A stretch of 64,000 bases of DNA from a virus (taxonomy: Duplodnaviria; Caudoviricetes). The position numbers and the translations under genes were made by a program. Positions 29,126 to 37,039 of this stretch are shown piece after piece. Position 1 is the first letter of the stretch, and each line of letters begins with the position of its first letter. The notes beneath the pieces are model-generated. The model made no database searches, was not told the DNA's origin, and was given only the letters and a program-made list of their open reading frames with translations. The DNA is taken from positions 96,001 through 160,000 of the IMG/VR virus record IMGVR_UViG_3300021256_000056, one strand, 5' to 3'.

Positions 29126-29930
29126 TGAGATATGCCTCTAAACGTTTGTACTCCTTCCTTAATTCACGCTGCAACTCTGTGTTGTCGTATTCAGTTTTCT
29201 TGCCATCGTTTAGAAACTCAAAACCCGTAGTATAGCTCGAGTTGTCTTCGCTGCTACAGACATAACAGATATCCTTAATTATTTTATATACGATATCTCC
29301 TTTACCCTCGACCAGCTTATAGAGGATGTAAGCGTCTGTGCTGAGACGTGCTGGGTCTTCGTCTGGGGATATTTTGCCCCTCTTGTTTGATAGGTCAATG
29401 GAATTCCTAACATATTTTGGGTAAGTTCCCTCCCATACTGTAGAGCAAACCTCGCGCCCGTTGTCGCAGAAGGCGAACTTATACATTGCGGTATCTTCCT
29501 CGGTAAGCGGGTTGACTAACTCTCTTGTAGTATCAAACTTTTCTGATAGAGCGACGGGCTCGTTATTCTTTCCCCATACATAGTTGGGGGCGTTTTCGGG
29601 TTCTCTGAGAACGATACCCTCCCCAAGATGCATTCGTGCCCTATTTTTTTCAACGGAAAAATATTTACGCATTTCCTCTTCGTTCTTAAAAACCTGAGGG
29701 GCGACCAATTTTAGATATTTCTCCGTTTTATCTTTAAGGTCGCTATCGATTAAACTTGCACACCATCGAATAGTATGTGCGAGCTCTTCTGATGCTAAGC
29801 ATAACGGGTTAAACTTGTTGATTCTGAAATAACGTTGGCAAATAATATTGTTTCCCACGGTAAATCTGAACTCAAATCTCTCCTTGTAATCCCTGGACTC
29901 GCCAGACTGCTTTCTTGCTGTTTCTGCCAT
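29106..29930 (-). CDS. Hypothetical protein (274 aa), overlapping the helicase start
   Basis: ORF with its own Bacteroidota-type promoter; 20-nt overlap with the helicase. Confidence 0.75.
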   Translation of the reverse strand: MAETARKQSGESRDYKERFEFRFTVGNNIICQRYFRINKFNPLCLASEELAHTIRWCASLIDSDLKDKTEKYLKLVAPQVFKNEEEMRKYFSVEKNRARMHLGEGIVLREPENAPNYVWGKNNEPVALSEKFDTTRELVNPLTEEDTAMYKFAFCDNGREVCSTVWEGTYPKYVRNSIDLSNKRGKISPDEDPARLSTDAYILYKLVEGKGDIVYKIIKDICYVCSSEDNSSYTTGFEFLNDGKKTEYDNTELQRELRKEYKRLEAYLNEQTTR

Positions 29931-29968
29931 TTTTATATTATTTAAATTGTTGTTATCAAATCTTTATC

Positions 29969-29999
29969 CAAAAATACAAACTTTAAAAATAAAAACAAA
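29969..29999 (-). promoter_or_regulatory. Bacteroidota primary-sigma promoter (TTTG-N19-TATTTTTG)
   Basis: Exact -33 TTTG / -7 TAnnTTTG consensus upstream of 29930. Confidence 0.75.
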
Positions 30000-30002
30000 A
30001 TC

Positions 30003-31187
30003 CTATTTCTTATATTGTTTGTTATATCTTGCTATTTCCTTATTAGCCAATTCTTTAAATGGAGTAAAAAAACTTGCAAAAGAAGAATCTTTCATTAACT
30101 CATATATTCCGTTATCCTGTATATACCTATAAAGATTGCTAAATGAACGGTCTGTCGGGTCTTGTGCGTTATACATCATCTCCTTTAATTCTTCCTTGGC
30201 ATCTTCAGTTAGGAGTGGTGTATCTAAATTTATTAGTCTATTGTTAATATCATAAAAATCGCCATTATATTCTTTATTTGCGACTCCCTTAACAATATTC
30301 TCTTGCCATTGAAGTGGTTTCTTTTTCTCTTTAATGCGTTCCTCACACAGTACCTGGGCCCTTTCTCTAACCTCATCTATTGTTACGGGCCTCTGAGCTA
30401 TCTCGGGCATTAACTCCATCAGCCTTGTTTCGCTTACGCCGCGAATGTTTCCTATGTTATCTGATGTGTCGCCTAATATAATCTTCTTTAATACCACGTT
30501 TTCATGCGGGAATCCCTTCTCTTGTTTGAAATTTTTTTCAGAGTACGCTTTTTTCTGTACGGGATTATAAATGCAAACTTTTTCACTTATCAACTGTGTT
30601 AAATCTTCGTCTGTTGACATAATGAAAATCAATTCTTCTGGCTTTTTATTGTGTACATAAAATGAAATTAAGTCATCTCCCTCAGTTACTTCATCCATTT
30701 GCCATCGTATAAAAAGCTCATTGAAACATGCACATAATACACTTCTTTCCCTTTCAAAATTTTCTTTAACAAGTTTTTCGGAATCGGTTAGCGGTTTTTC
30801 CTTTTTGGGTTTTTTGTTTGCAAAATAATTTTGCATTTGTTTAATTTTAGCATCAACGGCCTTCATATAATCGGAAACACCATCGTGCTCTGCATAGTTT
30901 TTATCTCGATTTGCTTTATACTCATTGTATATTCGATATCGTAGTATGCCGCTATCTTCATCATCAAAGAAAACATATACATAATCAAAAGGGCGCTTCT
31001 CCATTATCTTCCTTAATTGATTGAGAAATTGGTAAATTGCTCCATAATGAACACCATTATTATTTACTTTGGTATCCGCAAAACTAATTTTTAGTAAATT
31101 TGTTCCGTCAACAAGCAAAGTATAGAATGGTTGCGCCGTCAATTCTGGGTGTGTTTCCTTAACTATTTTTCTAACTGGTTGTGCCAT
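30003..31187 (-). CDS. 5'-3' exonuclease / flap endonuclease (T4 RNase H-like)
   Basis: LLVDGTNL, VFFD, RYRIYNEYKANR, EGDDLI, STDEDLTQL, ILGDTSDNIGNIRGV (H3TH). Confidence 0.92.
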   Translation of the reverse strand: MAQPVRKIVKETHPELTAQPFYTLLVDGTNLLKISFADTKVNNNGVHYGAIYQFLNQLRKIMEKRPFDYVYVFFDDEDSGILRYRIYNEYKANRDKNYAEHDGVSDYMKAVDAKIKQMQNYFANKKPKKEKPLTDSEKLVKENFERERSVLCACFNELFIRWQMDEVTEGDDLISFYVHNKKPEELIFIMSTDEDLTQLISEKVCIYNPVQKKAYSEKNFKQEKGFPHENVVLKKIILGDTSDNIGNIRGVSETRLMELMPEIAQRPVTIDEVRERAQVLCEERIKEKKKPLQWQENIVKGVANKEYNGDFYDINNRLINLDTPLLTEDAKEELKEMMYNAQDPTDRSFSNLYRYIQDNGIYELMKDSSFASFFTPFKELANKEIARYNKQYKK

Positions 31188-31204
31188 TTACATAGAATTT
31201 TACG

Positions 31205-31236
31205 CAAAAATACAAAAAAAGAAGGAAAAGAACAAA
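31205..31236 (-). promoter_or_regulatory. Bacteroidota primary-sigma promoter (TTTG-N20-TATTTTTG)
   Basis: Upstream of the 5'-3' exonuclease. Confidence 0.75.
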
Positions 31237-31241
31237 TTGGT

Positions 31242-32000
31242 CTAGGTAACATTGTGGTTTTTGATATAATCAATTAGTGTACTTATATCCGTAAAAACTT
31301 TGTTCCCGCTTACTTCATATTTCTGATACTTTTGTTCCATGAAATAAATTAATTCGATACCATTTTCTTTGCAAAGTTCCCTCTTGCGTGCATCCCGCTC
31401 TTTGCGAATTTCCAATGTTTCTCTTTTATCAAATAATTCTTTTCTTAAATAATGTTGTGACCCCTGACATTCAATAGCGCACTTTATACCTGGTATATAA
31501 AAGTCCAAACTGAGTGGTGATAACCATTCGAACTTTTTTTGAGTGACATATTCTATTTTGGCTTCTGCTGCTTCTTTTTCAAAAATACGCTCTAATTTTG
31601 GTTCTTGACACTTTGGACAACCGTGGCCTCTTAAGAAATCATGTGGAAGTGTTTCAAAATCTCCGTGTTCTTGACATGTGACAACAACTTTATCCCTTGC
31701 GTGTGTATAATGTGTTTTCTCAAAAGTATACTTTCCTTCTGGGTACACAGCCATTGCTTCTGCAACCCATTGTTCTGTTGTTTTTTTTCTCCCGTTACAC
31801 CGCGGACATCTAAACCCCTGTAGGTGTGAATATGGCATCTGCCAAAAAATACCATGCTCATTACCTAATACATCTTTTTCATGGCAAACAATCGCAACCT
31901 TTGTTTGAGAGTCAACGTAATCTACTTGAGAATAATCATACTTATCCCCATGTCTTTTACGCGCTTTTTCTATAAATTCGTCCCTCGTGTACTTACTCAT
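31242..32000 (-). CDS. Free-standing homing-endonuclease-like protein (DUF723-type Zn repeats + PD-(D/E)xK/Vsr-like nuclease)
   Basis: EFIEKARKRHGDKYDYSQVDY..C..HG.F...P..HL.G..CPRC occurs twice, then LDFYIP..AIECQGSQHY..D..K..LC.ENGI.LI. Confidence 0.85.
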   Translation of the reverse strand: MSKYTRDEFIEKARKRHGDKYDYSQVDYVDSQTKVAIVCHEKDVLGNEHGIFWQMPYSHLQGFRCPRCNGRKKTTEQWVAEAMAVYPEGKYTFEKTHYTHARDKVVVTCQEHGDFETLPHDFLRGHGCPKCQEPKLERIFEKEAAEAKIEYVTQKKFEWLSPLSLDFYIPGIKCAIECQGSQHYLRKELFDKRETLEIRKERDARKRELCKENGIELIYFMEQKYQKYEVSGNKVFTDISTLIDYIKNHNVT

Positions 32001-32146
32001 AAATCAAACTTGGGTATGCCTTCCCAGTATTTTTTCATTGACTCTGACATTTTTTTTCGCGTTTCTTCGCTTTTCTTCTTACCCCTCATAGCGTCTGAAA
32101 TTTTACGCTTAGTCTCCTCACTAAGCCTTCTACTTACTCTTTTCAT
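31997..32146 (-). CDS. Stand-alone NUMOD3 mini-protein (49 aa, below the ORF-track cut-off)
   Basis: Manual translation MKRVSRRLSEETKRKISDAMRGKKKSEETRKKMSESMKKYWEGIPKFDL*; two SEETKxK(I/M)S repeats; ATGA overlap with the endonuclease start. Confidence 0.8.
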   Translation of the reverse strand: MKRVSRRLSEETKRKISDAMRGKKKSEETRKKMSESMKKYWEGIPKFDL

Positions 32147-32189
32147 ACTAATTAAACTTACTATTCTAATTATAAATATGTGATAAAAT

Positions 32190-32217
32190 AAAAAAACCCG
32201 CTTTTGCGGGTTTTTTT
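32190..32217. terminator. Intrinsic terminator after recA (symmetric)
   Basis: AAAAAAACCCGC-TTTT-GCGGGTTTTTTT. Confidence 0.85.
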
Positions 32218-33361
32218 ATTCTGTCGGAACCATCTCGTCTGAAAGTTTGCCAACCTCGGAGAATGTTATATCGTCCGCGGCAATCGATTCCCCAGTTTTA
32301 CTGTATGCGGCAAGAATTTTTGGCAATTCGGACTTCTTGTAGTCATTAATGTCATCTTCGGTGATAATTCCGTTGTGTACGCAACACATCGTACCGCTGT
32401 ATGTTACGTTATACGGCGTTGGCAATTGGTTTTTGTATACGGTGATTTTTGTTACCGTTCCGTATTCAGTTTCGTTGCCCTTTACGGTGGCTTTGAGTTT
32501 CTTAGTACCAGCAGTTGCTACACCGCCAACGTGTATACCGAGACGGCAACCATACTTAAAGGCCTCGCCTCCGCTGTTCGCGATAGCGGTTGCGCCACCC
32601 ATGCTGTTCTGACTATCCTTCCATATTTTATTAACAGCAATCATGCCATTTGTATATGGTGTGCCTACCTCCTTTGACGAGGCTATTCGTGCAAAAATTG
32701 GTTTGAAGGTAGCATTGATTGATGCCGCATCAAACATGGGGTTTCCAACCTTACTTTGAAGACTCTTCCATGATTGGATACTTCCGATTGAGTCCCACAC
32801 AAAGAGGATTGGCATGGGGATGTTGCCTTCATTCTGTTCGTCGAGGAATGTATTAATAATGTACCCAATGTCTTCGATGACAGCCACATTTCTCTTGGTT
32901 TTTACTTTTTCTCCCTTGGAGTAGTCCATATCACCACAGAACTCACACATTTTCGATGTTGTGAAGAGTACGTAATCACCTTCCCAGTCAATAATTCCCT
33001 CCTCGCCAGTCTCGGGGTCAACCCCATAAACGGGTGTTATATCCATTCCACAATCCTTCGCGTACTGGAAATCAAAATTGCCTTCAGTCTCAAATATTAC
33101 GGGGAGCATTCCCTGGCGCATTGCGGAAGCAATTGCGAGGTTTTTGAGAGTTGATTTGCCTGTGTTGGTCCAGCCACGTATTACGCTGGTTCTTCCAAGC
33201 GGAAAGCCTGGAAGTTTTGTTGCCTCCTGGAACGCCTTGGGCATAACAACCCACTCTAATTCCTTATCTGCAACCTTTCCGACCTTTTCGCCGAGAAAGC
33301 TCTTTTTAAAATCTTTTACATTGAAGTTTTTAACTTCTTTCTTTTTTAAAGGTTGTGCCAT
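32216..33361 (-). CDS. RecA/UvsX-like recombinase
   Basis: GFPLGR, Walker A GWTNTGKST, FETEG, VWDSIGS, GGEAFKY, KNQL. Confidence 0.9.
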   Translation of the reverse strand: MAQPLKKKEVKNFNVKDFKKSFLGEKVGKVADKELEWVVMPKAFQEATKLPGFPLGRTSVIRGWTNTGKSTLKNLAIASAMRQGMLPVIFETEGNFDFQYAKDCGMDITPVYGVDPETGEEGIIDWEGDYVLFTTSKMCEFCGDMDYSKGEKVKTKRNVAVIEDIGYIINTFLDEQNEGNIPMPILFVWDSIGSIQSWKSLQSKVGNPMFDAASINATFKPIFARIASSKEVGTPYTNGMIAVNKIWKDSQNSMGGATAIANSGGEAFKYGCRLGIHVGGVATAGTKKLKATVKGNETEYGTVTKITVYKNQLPTPYNVTYSGTMCCVHNGIITEDDINDYKKSELPKILAAYSKTGESIAADDITFSEVGKLSDEMVPTE

Positions 33362-33364
33362 ATT

Positions 33365-34048
33365 CTAAAAATTTTCTTCTTCAAAATTATTATTATCTTC
33401 ATCATAAAACTCCTCTTGCTCTTCCTCAACTTGAACATAAAGAGGGTTGTTTGTTTTTTGGAAATAGCATTTCCTGCAGAGAGCGATATACTTTTCTTCG
33501 CCACCCACCTCAATTTGACTACCTTGCGTTACAAGATTTCCATTTTCATCTACTCTGGCGTTGAAGATTGTTTTACTGTTGCATGAACAGCTAGATTTTA
33601 TTTCTTCCAAGCTGTCAGCAATTTCAAAGAGTCTTTTCGAGCCTGGGAAAAGATTTGTTTGGAAATCAGTTCTTAATCCGTAACAAATAACATTAATATT
33701 CATATTATCTGCAATTGCGGCAAGCTCGTCTACTTGTTTTGGCGTAAGGAACTGACACTCGTCTACCAAAAGCCATTTTATCTGTTTACCCCTAACCCCA
33801 AAGTTTAATGAGGTTATTGATTTAATCAATTCAAATATATCATCCTCTGGGGAAACGCTTACACACTCTCTATCACCGAGTGCTCTTGAGTGAATAACGT
33901 CCGCACCATCACGGGTATCTATGGTACTTTTCAGCACCATAAATAAGATACCCCTTTCGTGAAAATTATGGGCAGTGGCTAGAAGTTGTAATGATTTTCC
34001 TGAATTCATTGTTCCATAACGGAACAATAGTTTTCCATGCTCACACAT
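33365..34048 (-). CDS. tdk: Thymidine kinase (type II)
   Basis: YGTMNSGKS, IDTRDG, VDECQFL, YGLRTDF, lasso Zn ligands CSC / CRKC. Confidence 0.95.
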   Translation of the reverse strand: MCEHGKLLFRYGTMNSGKSLQLLATAHNFHERGILFMVLKSTIDTRDGADVIHSRALGDRECVSVSPEDDIFELIKSITSLNFGVRGKQIKWLLVDECQFLTPKQVDELAAIADNMNINVICYGLRTDFQTNLFPGSKRLFEIADSLEEIKSSCSCNSKTIFNARVDENGNLVTQGSQIEVGGEEKYIALCRKCYFQKTNNPLYVQVEEEQEEFYDEDNNNFEEENF

Positions 34049-34056
34049 AACTCAGA

Positions 34057-35103
34057 TTAAAATGGTATATCATTTTCATCGTCATCGTTGGAGGGTACGT
34101 CCTCTATCACCTGAGTCGCTTCTGTCGCAATTGATGAAGTTGTGTTCAGTTTCTGCTTTGCTTCATCAATCTTTTTATCTGCATCGGCCTCCTGCTGGCT
34201 CTGTGCGATACCGTGGCGGGCATTATAGTCATCCCTATCTACCCATTTATTAAGTTCTCTGTCGAACCAGGGATATTTCCCTTCCAGAATAAGTTCAAGA
34301 TAATCATAGGGCTTAGCAGTAAATACATCTTGCCATTTCTTGGAATCATTGAGCCATTTCTTGAGAAGCTCGGGGTCTTTGGTAACAGGGGTATTCACGC
34401 CGCTTTCGATAATCTCGATAGAAGTCTGGTTATCAGTATTACCCTTTTTGATTGTGAGATTAAGGTCTCTTCCGTTATAAAGGTCTAGAATGTTTATTTC
34501 CTGGCCTACGGCCTTTCCCTCGTCTGCCCTCGTTTTTGCGATACTGAGGATTTTATGATAGGGGTCTGTGTTGTCGAACTTTATATTGAACTTCCAGAAC
34601 TTTACTCCCTCATCTTCTTTTCCTCTCTCAATACAGCGCACAATAATAGCCTCCTTTGTCTTATATGCCAAAGAGGTGTCCTGCCACTTTTTCTTTTCAA
34701 CAGCGCTAATGCCCTGAGTTAGGGATTTCTGATAGGCGTCCCAATTTGTCTCACAGAATGGGCACTTATCGCCAAACACTTCGTGGTTAATGCCTGGATT
34801 CTTCTTGGAATTAAGGCATACAAAAGACTTGTAAGGCTTTTGACCTTGCTTTACCAAATCTTTATGAACTTCTACGTTGTGAAAATGAACGTGGACGAAT
34901 GGTGAGCCACCATTAGGGTCCATGGGGAGTAATCTTATCGTGAGTTTCTTTTCTTTTTCCCCATCACCGAGACGAACGTCTAGGTAGTTTTTTGCATTAA
35001 ATGTGCTTTCTTTTCCTTGTGGATTGTTTTCGGCTGAAGCCTCTTTCCACTCTTCTTGCAAATCATCAATTGAGATGTTTGCTGGTAAATCGTTGTTTGC
35101 CAT
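34057..35103 (-). CDS. Single-stranded DNA-binding protein (T4 gp32-like)
   Basis: IRLLP....SPF..VHFH...C......CPFCE, GVKFWKF, GRDL; acidic C-terminus DDDENDIPF; upstream of tdk/recA. Confidence 0.85.
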   Translation of the reverse strand: MANNDLPANISIDDLQEEWKEASAENNPQGKESTFNAKNYLDVRLGDGEKEKKLTIRLLPMDPNGGSPFVHVHFHNVEVHKDLVKQGQKPYKSFVCLNSKKNPGINHEVFGDKCPFCETNWDAYQKSLTQGISAVEKKKWQDTSLAYKTKEAIIVRCIERGKEDEGVKFWKFNIKFDNTDPYHKILSIAKTRADEGKAVGQEINILDLYNGRDLNLTIKKGNTDNQTSIEIIESGVNTPVTKDPELLKKWLNDSKKWQDVFTAKPYDYLELILEGKYPWFDRELNKWVDRDDYNARHGIAQSQQEADADKKIDEAKQKLNTTSSIATEATQVIEDVPSNDDDENDIPF

Positions 35104-35159
35104 TTTAAATTTTAAATTAATCTTTTATTTTTAAATTTTTATATCAAAAATGTGATATT

Positions 35160-35191
35160 CAAATATACAAAAAAACAATAAAAAAAACAAC
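35160..35191 (-). promoter_or_regulatory. Bacteroidota primary-sigma promoter (GTTG-N20-TATATTTG)
   Basis: Upstream of SSB-tdk-recA. Confidence 0.7.
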
Positions 35192-35218
35192 AAGGGTGCC
35201 AACACGATGTGGCACCCT
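35181..35218 (-). terminator. Intrinsic terminator after the 35223-36038 ORF
   Basis: AGGGTGCCA-N8-TGGCACCCT plus U-rich tract. Confidence 0.75.
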
Positions 35219-35222
35219 GTTA

Positions 35223-36038
35223 TTAGAAGTTAAGTATGTCTTTCAGGTTTTGATGGAAAGAACCCTTATCAATTGACTTGTAAATTGAGTTCCAATCAGT
35301 GATATTATCTACATCATTCTTCGTTATTTCGTAACGCTTATCACCTACGCCATCATTATCACTTTCAGGGCTATAATTTCCCTCGGCTTCTTTTTGTGCC
35401 CAGAAATCCTTCGGTGTCTGATTAAATGGTTCACCAAGGTCTGACCTTAATGTCATTTTTTCAACCTGTGTAGGATTTCTTTTTTCGATTTCCTGTTTCA
35501 ATTCATCGATATGGGCATTGTTCTTATCAATATCTGTTTCGAACTTTCCAATAAGCTTAATCAATGCATCAATTTTACCGTCAAGGTTATTGATTTTTGC
35601 CTGTGCCTCATCTTGGCTATCTACAAGTTCGTCAACGTCAATAACCTCCTCGTCTTCGTCGCTATTTTCTTCTGGGCTTGAAGTAAGAGGTTCGGGGGCG
35701 GCGCCTTGTGGATTAAATTCTTCAACACCATTTTGCGCGTTGGCGGCATTGGGGTCATCACCCATTGCGGGGTCTCCGCCTGGTGCGGGAGCGGCACCGT
35801 TAGGGTCTCCGCCCATCATGGGGTCACCACCTGGTGCTGGGGCGCCAGCATTAGGGTCGCCGCCCATTGCGGGGGCATTACCTGGTGCAGGAGCGCCGCC
35901 ATCCATTGCTGGGTCGGGTGCGTTCGGTGCATCAGCCTCTAACATATCACTGCCACCTCTTTGGATATATTCTAATATTGACTGAAACCTTTTCTGCTTC
36001 TCAGTTAGATTATGTTCTTCCAAAAAATTCTTGTCCAT
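35223..36038 (-). CDS. Acidic, Pro/Gly/Ala-repeat coiled-coil protein (possible head core/scaffold-associated)
   Basis: N-terminal LEE/LTE/LEY/MLE motifs, 17-aa tandem repeats, coiled-coil segment; in a CTATTTAT-preceded operon. Confidence 0.6.
   Translation of the reverse strand: MDKNFLEEHNLTEKQKRFQSILEYIQRGGSDMLEADAPNAPDPAMDGGAPAPGNAPAMGGDPNAGAPAPGGDPMMGGDPNGAAPAPGGDPAMGDDPNAANAQNGVEEFNPQGAAPEPLTSSPEENSDEDEEVIDVDELVDSQDEAQAKINNLDGKIDALIKLIGKFETDIDKNNAHIDELKQEIEKRNPTQVEKMTLRSDLGEPFNQTPKDFWAQKEAEGNYSPESDNDGVGDKRYEITKNDVDNITDWNSIYKSIDKGSFHQNLKDILNF
35745..35915 (-). repeat. Degenerate 51-bp (17-aa) coding tandem repeat, about 3 copies
   Basis: PAMGGDPNAGAPAPGGD / PMMGGDPNGAAPAPGGD / PAMGDDPNAA; locally GC-rich. 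Confidence 0.85.
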
Positions 36039-36054
36039 CGCCCTTTGGTGTACA

Positions 36055-36336
36055 TTAGTCTGTGAGGAGTTGTTTGTTATCCTCAGTTATCATTATTTTT
36101 GAAGATTCGGTCCTTTCTATGAGGCCCTTGTCTTTCTTAATTCTCTTTGTTGTCTGGTCTGGAGTAAGTTCGCTTGCCAGGGCTTCAATTTGGTCAATAT
36201 CCATTTTTTCTTGTGTTTTAGATTTCTTATTATTAACGCCAGTCGTAGATTTCTTTATTTCCACAACCTTTGTTTGGGGTGTACTAACCACATAGTTTTC
36301 TACCCGCTTATTTTTATTCAAAAATTTTACTTTCAT
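36055..36336 (-). CDS. Hypothetical protein (93 aa)
   Basis: ORF about 15 nt downstream of CTATTTAT; C-terminus KKDKGLIERTESSKIMITEDNKQLLTD. Confidence 0.7.
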   Translation of the reverse strand: MKVKFLNKNKRVENYVVSTPQTKVVEIKKSTTGVNNKKSKTQEKMDIDQIEALASELTPDQTTKRIKKDKGLIERTESSKIMITEDNKQLLTD

Positions 36337-36350
36337 CGTCTATTTTACAT

Positions 36351-36358
36351 ATAAATAG
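36351..36358 (-). promoter_or_regulatory. Putative late promoter CTATTTAT
   Basis: About 14 nt upstream of 36336. Confidence 0.6.
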
Positions 36359-36384
36359 TTTATTAAAAGAAAAAAGCCCCACTT

Positions 36385-36984
36385 TCATCCGTTGAGGCTT
36401 GATAAGTAGGGAATTATATATTTTTTATTCTTTATAAGCTCTCGAGTGTCATATGAAATATAGTCACGCTCTCGAATAATCTTTATTGACGGCGTTTTTT
36501 TAATAATGTTCAACATTTTTTCCCTATCTCCGCCCACATAATCAATATCGTTTAATGATATACCTATCGTTGTTTTGTCGTCGGGAAAATAAACATATAT
36601 GAAATTTTCGTTTATGAGTGCAAATTTTCGTCTACCATCTGAAAGAAAAATCTTTAATCTCATTTTTTCTTCTTTGGTCGCAGTCAAAACATTGAAAAAC
36701 CAATAATCCACTGATTTAATGGCATGTTCAATCACTAGTTTTTTGAAAGCTTTTGCATCGGTTTCATTTTTATCCCTACGCACACGTTTTCCGTATGTCC
36801 AATAAGTGTTCTCATCTATCTTCCATTTCAATATGGATGCCTCTGGGTGTAATTCCTTTGCTCTTTCCCATCCCACAATTAGAGTGAGCGTATCGGGCTG
36901 TAAATTTTTCACCTCGCCCGTTACGTTATAAAATGGGTTATCTTCAAACCCTTCGTTTGTGAGAACGTTGGCTAAATAGTTCAT
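36385..36984 (-). CDS. Hypothetical protein (199 aa)
   Basis: ORF preceded by a CTTG-N20-TATCTTTG promoter. Confidence 0.75.
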   Translation of the reverse strand: MNYLANVLTNEGFEDNPFYNVTGEVKNLQPDTLTLIVGWERAKELHPEASILKWKIDENTYWTYGKRVRRDKNETDAKAFKKLVIEHAIKSVDYWFFNVLTATKEEKMRLKIFLSDGRRKFALINENFIYVYFPDDKTTIGISLNDIDYVGGDREKMLNIIKKTPSIKIIRERDYISYDTRELIKNKKYIIPYLSSLNG

Positions 36985-37006
36985 AAAATTTTGACTAAAG
37001 TTTTTG

Positions 37007-37038
37007 CAAAGATATGTTTAATTTAAGAAAAAAACAAG
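37007..37038 (-). promoter_or_regulatory. Bacteroidota primary-sigma promoter (CTTG-N20-TATCTTTG)
   Basis: Upstream of 36984. Confidence 0.7.
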
Positions 37039-37039
37039 T

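Noticed and set aside
25078-33361. Introns or inteins in nrdD, helicase, recA
   Set aside because: Frames are uninterrupted, sizes are near normal, and no intein N-terminal or HN-C/S junction motifs were seen.
35518-35985. 155-aa plus-strand Ser/Gly/Pro ORF
   Set aside because: Antisense shadow of the GC-rich coding repeat in 35223-36038.
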